A stretch of DNA of 25,751 nt from Geosiphon pyriformis uo1 (taxonomy: Eukaryota > Fungi > Glomeromycota). This document shows positions 12,441 to 23,265 of the stretch, piece after piece. Below the pieces are notes generated by a model. The model did not search any database. It saw only the letters and a list, made by a program, of their open reading frames with translations, and had not been told where the DNA came from. Position numbers and translations under genes: made by a program. Numbering within the stretch: position 1 is the stretch's first letter; the number at the start of each line of letters is the position of its first letter. The DNA lies in NCBI GenBank assembly GCA_016748015.1, contig JAAOMT010000649.1:37154-62904 (forward strand), written 5' to 3'.

Positions 12441-12678
12441 TGTTTGTTTGACATTTTACTTAAAATTAAAAAAAAATTAATCTAAAAAGTATTTTCACAT
12501 CACTCTTGAAAGTTTTCAAACACTATCAGATGTCTTTCAAGCACTAATTTTCAATATTTTTTTCAAAGGCATTGTTAAAATGTTGGGCTCAGTTTTTGAT
12601 TATAGATTAAAATTCTTATTTATTAACAAGTGAAAACTTTTTAAAAATCTTTCTTTACTTATACAAAATATTCAAATC

Positions 12679-14815
12679 ATGTCTTCAATTTCATAAATTT
12701 AAAATGCAACTTCAACCCTTGACTGGCTTGAAGGCACATTGATTGTCATTAAAGAAAATTTGGCCATTTTCTCAGCTAACAAATATTCAAAAATTGCTAA
12801 CTTGGTAAAAATATATCTTAAGCACAATCAGAAAAAACATGAAAACTTATTTGATTGCTTAAATAATAAAAGTTTAAAGCATTCAATAGACTATATCTTG
12901 CTTGGCTTTTCTTTAGAACATGGAATTAGAACTATTCCTAATTTAACAAAAGCATTTTTAGAATTCCAAAAAGCAGTGAATACAAAAGATTCTTTTGAAC
13001 AATTTTTCTTAGAACATTGTTATGATTATAAAATTAGTACTTTACAAGATCAAGAAAAAACATTTGAGCTATATTCAAAAGTGGCAAAAACAAGATATTT
13101 AGATACATAATACACTCTTGGATTATATTATTATAAGGAAAAAAAAAAGAGAGAAAATAAGAAAAAGCATTTGAATTCTATTCAAAAGCAACAGAAGCAA
13201 AACATACAAATACACAATACACTTTTGAAATTTGTTATAATAATAGATAAAAAATGGCGAAAAATGAGAAAAAAACATTTGAACTCTATTTAAAAACAGC
13301 AGAGGTAGAAGATACAAATATACAATACACTCTTGGACTTTGTTATATTAATGGAAAAAGAACAACAAAAAATGAGAGAAAAACATTTGAACTCTATTTA
13401 AAAGCAGCAGAAGTTGAAAATACAAATGTATAATACACTCTTAGACTTTGTTATAACACTAGAAAAGGATGATGAAAAATAAAAAAAAAGGATTTAAACT
13501 TTATTCAAAAGCTGCAGAGACAAGAGATTTAGTTGCATAATACCATTTTTATAATAGATTGGAAACAACAAAAGATCTTGAAAAAGTAAAAAATCTCAGT
13601 CCACAGAGCAATCTTGAATGGCATTATCAAAAAAAATGGAAAATTACGAAAAATCTGAAAAAGACATTTGAATTCTATTAAAAAACAGTAGAACAAAGGA
13701 ATACAACTGTATTATATAATTTTGGATAGTGCTATCAAAATAGATGGAAAACAATAAAAAATTTTTGAAAAGCATTTGAAATTTATTTAAAAACAGAAAC
13801 AAATAATTCAAGTTATCAAAGTAATTTTCCTGATTTAAACACCCTTAATTTCTTCACTTTTGAGAATAAAGATTAATATGACCTGAAATATTTAATTTTA
13901 CAATTTCAAAATCAAGAGTTAAAATGAACAGTTAATTCCAAAGAAAAATGTATAAATTTTGAAGCTTTTTTTTTATTAGCTTTCAGATCAATTCAAATGT
14001 CTTAAATGTAAAAACTTGGATATAATCATTAGTAGATTTCTTAATAAAATAGATATTTACAATATCTTTAAAGACTTGCTGGGATGTCTATTTTGTGATA
14101 ATATCTTTAACTACTTGTCAAAATGCTTAGAATACTATAGCAGATTAAAAAATTCATTTTGGTGTAAATTTTGTGAATATTCATAATTTTTAATAAATTA
14201 GAATACATAAAATAATGAAAATAGTAATATTAATTAGTATATATATAATATACAAAAAATCTTAAAAAGCTGCAAAAGCTGCTTAAAATAGATTTTTTTC
14301 AATTAAATCAAATTTTAAATAAGGTAAGAGAAAAAAAATTTAATATTGTTAAAGAAGATAAATGGATGAGAAAAATCAAAAGCATGCATGAAATGAAATT
14401 ATGAAAGTTGCTTTAAAGACAGCCAAAACATACAAATAAATCTTTTTTTAAGAATCTATGTGATTTTTGTTATACTCATTTTTTCTTTAACACCAAGCAA
14501 TATATTGAATAGTTTATTGTGCATCTTAGAAATGTCTTTTGAAATATATCTTTAAATACTATAGAATAACCAAAGATATCACGACTAATGAATTCATTAT
14601 GGTTTTGCTATTTGTAAAACATGAAGATTTTAGAGTTTTTCTTAAAGTAAACCAAGATATCTTTACTTGGGAAATAATTTTTTGTATTCTTTTTTAAATT
14701 GTTAGTGGCTTAAAGTTTTATACATAATTCAGAACTAGTGCATGTAAATATGTATCCTAGCAATATTCTTGTTTTGAAATCAAATTCCTTAAAAGTAGCC
14801 ATTGCTAATCTAAAA
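12679..14815 (+). pseudogene. Sel1-repeat + tyrosine-kinase-like (TKL) kinase pseudogene; kinase truncated after the DLG-equivalent motif
   Basis: ATG at 12679 is in frame with the 12739..13110 ORF (two intervening TAA). Repeated K(A/T)FELY.KAAE....QYTLG.CY units. Cys motif KCLEY...FWCKFCE. Gly loop VREKKFNIV (14324-14350, from VGEGGFG.V), KVALK (14404-14418), YYRITKD..NEFIMVL, LVHVNMYPSNIL (14735-14770, from LVH.D.HPGNIL), VAIANLK (from IADLG). Confidence 0.88.
13000..13800 (+). repeat. ~108-bp (36-aa) tandem Sel1-like repeat array
   Basis: CATTTGA anchors at 13061, 13168, 13276, 13384, (13491 variant), 13665 and 13773. Spacing is 107-108 nt except for one 174-nt interval with an internal deletion. 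Confidence 0.9.
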
Positions 14816-17800
14816 ATAGATCTTATAATGAACAAAACTGTAGACTCTTTTTTGGAAGAATATTTTATTCTCTGACAGATTTAAATTTTTTTCAGGGTGC
14901 TGTTGTTTAAGAAAACAGATTATAAGCCTGCCATATTGCTTGGCTCATAATATTAGCAGGTAAATTTTTTTGCTGAGTATAAAGTTTTTTATATTAAAAA
15001 TAGATAAATTTAATTTTATTTAATTCAATCATATATTTCTCAAAAATTCATGCCCTATTCTGGAAATTTTTATTGGCAGAATATTCTATAGTCTACTTTA
15101 TGTCAGATAATAAAGTTACAATATATGATTGTGTTTCACCTTGCTAATTAAAATGATAAATATTATATAATGTTTGGTTTTTACAGGCAGTAATATAAAA
15201 ATACACTAAAATCAATATTCAATAAGGTAACTTTGAATAAAATAGATGTTTTCTATGTAATATTTGTTAAAATGAGAGTTTTTTTTTAATAAACTCGAAA
15301 TACTTAATTTGTTCTTTTATTTTTATTGAAAATTAAATTTTTTAATATTCAAAAAAATGCAATTAAAAATTTTTTTATAACTATCTTTTTTTCAAAACTT
15401 CAGTTTGCATTTCAAAAAATAAATTTTGTAATTCAAATTTAACAGATAAATGTTCTCAAAACTTGAATTTTATTGAAAATATTGTTAATTAAAACAATTT
15501 ATTTGCAAATTGGTTTCCTGAATCTGTTTATAAGTTTGGTCAGGTTGACATTGGTGCTCTGCATATTATTGATCTTGTTTGAGATTAGGTTATGACTCAC
15601 AGAGATTTGATCTGGCAAAGTGGAAAAAAAAAAGTCTAATAAATGATGCTGGTTTTGTAATTTCTGATTTTAGAGGTTCAGCTTTTTTGCTTAATAATGT
15701 AGCAATTCATAAGATTGATTTTGTCAAAAAAATTAATCTGAATTTTGATTTTGTTAATGGCTTGTTCTTAATCTCGGATTTGTTTTTTGATGTGGATATA
15801 GTTGGCTCAGGTGGCTAATCACATATGAATAAGTATAAACTTTTCTTATTACATAATAAAAAAAGATATATATCATAAAATTTTAAATTTTATAAAGTTA
15901 GCATAATATTAAACAAATTTTTCACAAAATATAAATTAATAACAGGAAATAAATAATGTATTATGTTTAAGTTATAAACAAAAATTATTTAATAAACATA
16001 ATAAACTTATATTATATTTCAAAAAATATTTATTTAAATAAAGTTTGTAATCTTTATTGAAAAATATGTTTTATTTAAACTGTTAGAAAAGGCATCAAAA
16101 ATTTATTACTACATTTTTTTTAGTTAAGTAAATGATTTATGCATTTTATATTACATAAAAAAATTTACTGTTTATTTAAGAAAAATACTTGGATTCTCAA
16201 ATTTCTACTGTAAAATGTGAGGATTAATTAGATAAAGAAAGTGGCAACAAATCTTTTTGGGATTCTTTGCAATTAAATTATATTAATTTTATTTATAATA
16301 ATATCTGATTAGTTATAATTTATATATAATAAAAAATGTAAATTAAAAAATATTTATTAATATTTTGTAAAGATCAGTTTTTAAAAATGAAAATAAACAG
16401 TTTTAAATTTAAATTTCTCTATATATTTTTTACTCTATTTGTTGTAAAGTAATTTTTTAACAATGCTGAAGATAAACATAATTTTACTTATCATTACAAA
16501 AGAATAAAATTGAACTATATTCAAATATTTTTAACTAAAATGGGCTAATACTGAAAACTTATTTTTATGTTCTGTCTAATATAGCCAAAAATTAATGATA
16601 ATCTCAATTGGAATATTTGTATTCTGGATGAATAGGAAAAACAAAAAGAATATTAATTAGAAAAATTAATTATTAAAAAAAATGTCAAAATTTATTAATA
16701 ACTATTTATTTTAGAAAGATAATTAACTTGATTTTCTTAGCATCTATGCATTGTGGTTTTAATTTTTCTCTACTTGTTATATTCAAAATTAGAATAAGAT
16801 CCAACTATTATAATTGAAAAAGTTATTATTTGATGCTTTCTAAATAAAAATATAAATAAAACTTAATTATAAAATTGAAAAGGAACTAAGATCTAATAAA
16901 TTATAATGTAAAATTTTAGGGATTGTAAATTTATTAAAAATTATATAGTTATTTTGTTTTATTTCTAAGTTAATTAGAAAGCTATAATATTATTTTATTT
17001 TTCAAACTTTGCTTAGCCTAATTTGGAAAGAAGATCTAATATATGTTAAAAAAAATAAAACTCTTAATTACCTGATCAGTAAGCAATCAAAGGCATTTTT
17101 ATCAAATGTAGTGGAGTTGAAAAAAGGAATTAGAATCTTTAAAGTTAACTTAATTATTTAAAAAATTTAGTCTATCTTGTTAATTATTTTATTTGTGTAA
17201 TATTTAAATCCAGTTTTTTAATTGGTTATTACAATTAGAGTTCAATATTATAAATCAATTTATACTGATAATTTATTATAGTAACAAAATTTTAATATTC
17301 CAGAATATTATAAATTAAAATATGTTAGTTATAAAAATTTTTATTGCTTATAATAATATTTATTAATATTTATATAAATTAAAATTCGTTTATAATAGTT
17401 CATATATATAATATTATTAAAAATTAATTAAAAATAAAAGCAGAATTATTGTAATACATACATAAATTTTCTATATTAATATTAATTTGATGTGTTTTTT
17501 TATTAAAAAATAAAATAAAAACAAAACAAAAAATAAGTTTAATTGTATACTTTTAACATTTAGCTTATATTTAAAAACTACAATTTTATTAAAATATACT
17601 TATTGATAAAATGTAAAATATAATATTTGATATATTAAACCAAAAGAAAAGTAATTATTTTAAGTTTAAGTAAGCTTGGTCAATTGAAATGTTAATTTAG
17701 GTAGATATTACAAATATGTATAAATAATGTTTCAAAAGAATAGAGTTTTCAAAACATGTTTGTGCATAAATAAAATCAATAAGCAAACACCTTATATTTA

Positions 17801-17969
17801 ATAACTTTTATTCAAAAAGCTTTTCTTAAAAGAGATATAAAGATAAAAGTATATATATGATAATAAATTATATTTTGAAGAACTAATTCCTTCCTCAATT
17901 CTTAATTTTTATATCATCAATAAAAGTCTTTAAATTAAAAACTTTTTGAATATAATAAATAAAAAGCTT

Positions 17970-18580
17970 ACCATTTGTAGAAAATTCAGGTTTTGAGATT
18001 ATTGAATTTTATATCTTGTCATATCATGACATGCTAGCATCTTGTATCTTTTCTTTTTTCATAAACAATTTATTTACTTTGTATCTGCCAATTTTTTTTG
18101 AGATGTATACTTTTTTTTTACAGAATACTTTTCACCAATCACATCTAAAATAGTTTTTTGGCAAATAATAACAAGGCTGTTTAAGTAGATTAAATTAAGT
18201 GAATTAAATTAATCATCTATCTAAAAATGTAAATATTTACTAACATTTAAACTTTCTATTATGTGGGTTAAGATGGGGATATGCTTCTATTGAATAGAAT
18301 TCATTTAAAATAATGGGCTCAATTTTATTCAAGTCTTTAAATTAGATAGTTAATTATTTATTGATTTTTAATACTTTTTCAATTTTTTGTTATTTGTTGC
18401 CCATTGCCAAATCTAGAAACTAAACTGAAAATGTAATCTTGATTGAGATATAATAATGATGAACACTAAACTTGTTTTGAAATCTTTTGAATGTTTGGAG
18501 GCTGTGTTTTAAGTAAACAGTTGTGTTTTCAGATCCCATGTTATAACAGGAAGTATGCATATTGGCTACACCCAGTGGTT
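17970..18580 (-). pseudogene. Possible decayed multi-exon gene, unidentified
   Basis: Minus-strand exon-like block LVIICQKTILDVIGEKYS...KNWQIQSK* between acceptor TAAACAG (~18177) and donor ATG|GTAAGC (~17972). Its stops are consistent with C>T changes. No family recognised. Confidence 0.3.
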
Positions 18581-19321
18581 TTTTATTTTTTTTACATTAT
18601 TTAGTCTAATATATTAATTTTTTTTTCGGATATGAGATATAGATGTTATGTTCTTAATTACTAATCTATCTATAACTCATGGTTTTAAAAAAAATGTGAA
18701 TTTGATTTCCATACTAATTGTATTTAGCCATTTTAGAATAACAAAGTCAAAAAAAATGAGTCATAAAGATCTGCTTAATATTACATTAGTTATGAGAATC
18801 TGTGTAATAATATAAAAAATTTCCAGAAAATACCAAGGTTTCAAAAAGTGACACTTTGTTTTTAATCACTACATATTAGTTAACCCCATCTTTGTATTCT
18901 TGTATTTTTGTATTCTTGTTTTTGCATTTTTACGTGAAAAACAAACACGTAATTTTTGATCTCAAAATCAACAACTTAGAAACAGTAACATATATAAAAA
19001 GGTGTTCTCTGCCTTTAAGCAAAATTTTATTCTATATGGGATTATTCTTATCTTTATTGGTAATGAATTACCAGTGTCCACCAATTCACAAACCTAACAG
19101 CTATAACCAATATGACTAACAATTCACCATTTACAACTCACGAATCCAAAGAACATTAAAAAAATCTAAGAGAGATTCATTCTTGTCTCCAAATCTCCAA
19201 GAACAATCCAGGTAAGAGTGTTGATGTATTTAACTGAAGAAACTCAACCAAGCACGGGGTTTTCAACTCCTTTATATTGCCAAATATGGTGTTTTCTAAC
19301 CACTGTACATGCATTATTCTA

Positions 19322-19428
19322 CCAAATATCTGTTTTCACTTATGGTTTATGACATGAATTGTTATATCTCTGTGCATGCCAAATGTCTGCTTCCACTGAT
19401 GGTCAATGACATGAATTGTTATACACTT
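19322..19428 (+). repeat. 57-bp tandem duplication (two copies)
   Basis: CCAAATATCTGTTTTCACTTATGGTTTATGACATGAATTGTTATA at 19322 vs CCAAATGTCTGCTTCCACTGATGGTCAATGACATGAATTGTTATA at 19379. An identical 18-mer lies at 19349-19366 and 19406-19423. Confidence 0.85.
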
Positions 19429-19429
19429 A

Positions 19430-22400
19430 ACAAAATAGAATATCAACAATAATTATGCATTAACTAATCTTCAGTTCTTCAAACCAGCTATCAAAATTAT
19501 ATCTAAAAAATTTGAAAAATGAATATGTTCAGAATTCGAATTTTTAGAGCTATTTAAATCTTTTAGTCATCTCAGTAAACAATCTATTCAACAACTTGAA
19601 AATCCAAAAAACACTTGACAATAATATACTACCTGCTATTATTATAAAAGATAAGTTACTTGTCACAATATTTTCTTTTAAATTTAAAGAACCAGTAATA
19701 ATGTCTCTTTTTAGTAAAGCCATCTTTAATACTAAACCAATTATTGCTATGTATGCTAATATTAAATTTGATTGTTAATTTATTAAACTAATTTTTAATA
19801 GTAGTTTAACAAACAGTATTATTATATAACAACTCATAGACAAATTAGATTACTAAGTTAATTAAGCTGTTAGCATTAAAATTATTACTGCTAATAAAAT
19901 AATAAAGACTTTCATTGACAAAATTAATAACTTTCTTTTTGAAATTAATAATATTATTGTGTTAATTAAAGTTTTAATTATAAAAGCCATACAATATTAA
20001 GTTTTAGTTAATAACAACTAACTGTTCAAAACCAATATTGTATTCGACTAGAACACTCAAAAATTTCAACTAATATATGCTGGACAGCATAGTCGAGTTT
20101 TAGCTATCTGTAGTCATTTCAAAACAACTATCACTATTTAACAACTGTTATTAATTAAGTTTAAAAAAAGAAAAAAACCTACTTAAGAAGTCTATTAAGT
20201 ATTATAAGCCAAGAAAAAACACAATAAACTATTACCAATACTTACTTGAAAAAAAATAAAATAAATAAATTTCAAGCTATTATCTTCATAGAAAAACTGA
20301 CAAATGATTGGTTTATCTTATATTTGACACCAAAACCAAAAAAACATTCATTCTATATTCTACTTAAATACAAAAACTGCAATAAAAAGCTTTTATTTAT
20401 GGGAGTTTATATCTTTTCAAAAAAAAATATAAAACACATACTTGTTACTATTGTAAAACATGTTATTGAAAACACTTTGAATACTCAAAATAACAAAAAA
20501 AGTGAGACAAAAAACTATGTCTTACTTATAAAAAAATACCATTTAACAAAAAAATATAGAATAACATTCTTAGTTAAGAAAAAATATATAATATATTGTG
20601 CCAATACACAATTTTTATTAATAGCTAGATAAGCAGAAAAATATCTTTTAATATTGTATAAAACAGAGCTTTTTTATGTTTAAATGACTATCTACATAAT
20701 AAAAATAAAATTTGACAAATAATAAGTGCCAAAATTAAAAATAATTTATTTAGTAAAATATTAGCAATTAAAAACAACTCATTAGAATTTGTCAAAACCA
20801 TTTTTATTTCAAACTCAAATATATTTGTTAATATTATAAATAATCCAAAATAATTTTATAAATATTATCAAGATCTAAAATCTATTTAAAAGGAATAAAA
20901 ACAGCATTTAAAATAATTAAATATTAAACTTTATAAACATTGTTTTATTTTTAATGATTTCAAATATTATAACAATTGTAATTTTATTTACAATTTACAA
21001 TTATGCATGATTATTTTAATTTTCAAAGAAAAAAAACCAATTAACAAATGCATTTTAGAATTGGAATCAAAATTTAATCATAATTTATTCTAATAATAAT
21101 AACAATATTAATTTTAATACTATTTATAATAACAACAACAATAATAATAATTAAAACTTTAATAAAAACTTCAAACAATATATTATACTTTCAAATCTCT
21201 TAAGAAAGCAAAAACTTAAATAATTTAATAATAATAACAAAAATATTATATTAGAATACATACATAATACTAATGTAAAGTTTAATCTTAGATATTCCAA
21301 AAAAACTGCCATCAAATTAAAATCTTATTTATATACTAGCATAGATTTAAAATTAGCACTAGAAATTTCAACAACAATAATAATATAATTAATATCTAAA
21401 TCTAGTTTAGAAAAAAAAGAAATTAATATTAAAAGAGAAATAATTTACACAGAACATGTAGAAAATATTATTTTAATAATACAAAATAAATTAGAAAAAG
21501 CATATATCATTGAATTTAATAAAAAAATAACACAAACAATATTTTTGTTTTTGGTAAAAACAATTCAGTTAGTATTAATAAAAACAAAGAAAAAATAAAG
21601 ATAATAGCACAAAAGATAAATAGATTTGAATTAACAAAAAGAGTAAAGATATCAGTTAATATGGCAAAAAAAAACAATTAATTATTGAAAAATTATTTTC
21701 ATTCATCAATTAATTTCTATTTTACCATATAACCTGTACATATTAATTAGAAAAAAGAAAGTAAAAGATTAATTCCAGATTTTTGAAGTTAAACTCATTA
21801 TTTGTGACTTAAAAAAAATTGCTGTTATCAATCTATATATATTATTTAAAAATCATAAATACATCAAGATCTTAATACACAACATAATTAAAAACTCAAT
21901 AGAAATATTAAGTAAGATTATTATTGAATATTTAATACTAAAGTTAAGAATCAATCACCAATTATTATTTCAGATTTTTTACAACTTTGTGAATATGTAA
22001 ACATTGTATTACAGACTATCTATAAATAAAAAAATGTTATTTGTTATATTTAGAACAATTAGAGCAAATAAATTTAGAAAACTTAAACTTATTCTAAAGT
22101 ATTTAAATTAAAACTAAATATATAATATCAATTAAACAAAAAACATATTAAATATCATTTATTAGCCATAAAATCATTTGTCAAAAAATTAACTATATGT
22201 TAGACAATAGATTAATTTAACTATTAATGAATTTATAATCATTACCAGTAGTATTTATTTGAAAAAAGAATGAAAAGATTTGTTTTTGTGTAGATTATAA
22301 AAACTTAACAGTATTATTTATAGAAACAGTTATTCAATTTTACAAATTCAAAAATTATTTGATATTTTCAAAGGAAAAAAATAGTTTTCTATATTAGATT

Positions 22401-23265
22401 TAGACAATAATTATTGGCAAGTAGTCATAAATTCAATCAACAAAAAAAAGATAGCATTTACTATCAAAAAAAAGAATTTTAAATTTGATATTATGTTTTT
22501 TGGCTTAATTAATATTCCAGCTATTTTTTAATAACTAATGAAAATTGTTTATACTAGATTATTATGGAAATTAATAGTAGTTTACTTAAATAATACCAAT
22601 GTATTTTTCAAGACATTTGATAATTATCTATACTATTTTCAATAAGTGTTTAAAAGATTAAGAAAAACAGAACTAATATTAAATACTACTAAATATTTTT
22701 TTGAAAAAACTGAACTTAAGTTTTTAGAATATATTATAAACAAAAATAACATTAAAATAGATTCAAATAAAATTAAGATAATTAAAAACTTTTTAATACT
22801 AACAAACTTAATAAAATTAAGTATATTTTTAGAATTTACTAAATATTATTATTGTTTTATTCAAAATTTTCTAAACTGGCTTAATTATTATATCAGCTTT
22901 AAGCAAAAAATATCAAATATAAATAAACTGAGAAACAACAAGAAGCTTTTAATATATTAAAAAGAAAGCTTATTTAAATTTCAATATTAATCTACTTAAA
23001 TTACAGCAAACTATTCATTATTACTATTAAAAACAATACTATTACAAAAAAATTGAATAAACAAAAACATTTAGTAACATATGTTAACAAAAGTTTGAGT
23101 CCAGCTAAAAAAAACTATGCCATTTTAGTATTAAAACATTTAGCTATTTATTAAGCTATTATTAAATAGAAGAATTATTTAAGTTAAAAATTCGATATAT
23201 ATACTAACCACAAAAGATTAACATTGATTTAAAAGCAAAAATTTGGAAATAATATTACTAAAAGA
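19430..23265 (+). mobile_element. Decayed Ty3/Gypsy pol relic: linker, aspartic protease (~19730-20125), Cys-rich insert (~20370-21000), dUTPase (~21250-21640), RT (~22170-22960), RNase H (~23000-23265). No integrase or LTR seen
   Basis: Protease IKLIFNSS (NSS 19797-19805, from DSG) and VLVNNN*L (from LVGNDWL). RT: FCVDYK, FSILDLDNNYWQV, MFFGLINIPAIF**LM, VVYLNN (YLNN 22583-22594, from YLDD), LKFLEYII. RNase H: HLVTYVNKSLSPAKKNY...LAIY*AI...IYTNH. Confidence 0.93.
21250..21640 (+). pseudogene. dut: Decayed trimeric dUTPase domain within the retrotransposon pol
   Basis: The five motifs are in order: NVKFNL (21272-21289, from DAGFDL), SKSSL (21395-21409, from SRSSL), IIYTEHVENI (from IID.GY.GNI), KITQTIF (from KIAQ.IF), QKINRFELT (~21610-21636, from RG..GFGST). 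Confidence 0.8.

Noticed and set aside
13123-13317. Minus-strand hydrophobic repeat ORF
   Set aside because: Antisense of the Sel1 repeats.
15579-15818. Plus-strand 79-aa ORF
   Set aside because: Non-ATG start and no motif; the opposite strand looks more exon-like.
19342-19423. CRISPR-like geometry (25-nt repeat, 32-nt spacer)
   Set aside because: Only two copies, the spacer is itself part of a 57-bp tandem unit, there are no cas genes, and the context is eukaryotic.
19596-22960. ORFs 19596..19778, 20246..20632 and 22646..22960 as independent genes
   Set aside because: They are stop-free fragments of the decayed Gypsy pol, partly out of frame.
7437-23265. Stop-codon reassignment or A-to-I RNA editing rescuing the interrupted genes
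   Set aside because: Editing could restore G>A sites, but C>T changes (CAA>TAA, CGA>TGA, P>F/L), frameshifts and truncations also occur and catalytic residues are lost. Mutational decay explains all of these.
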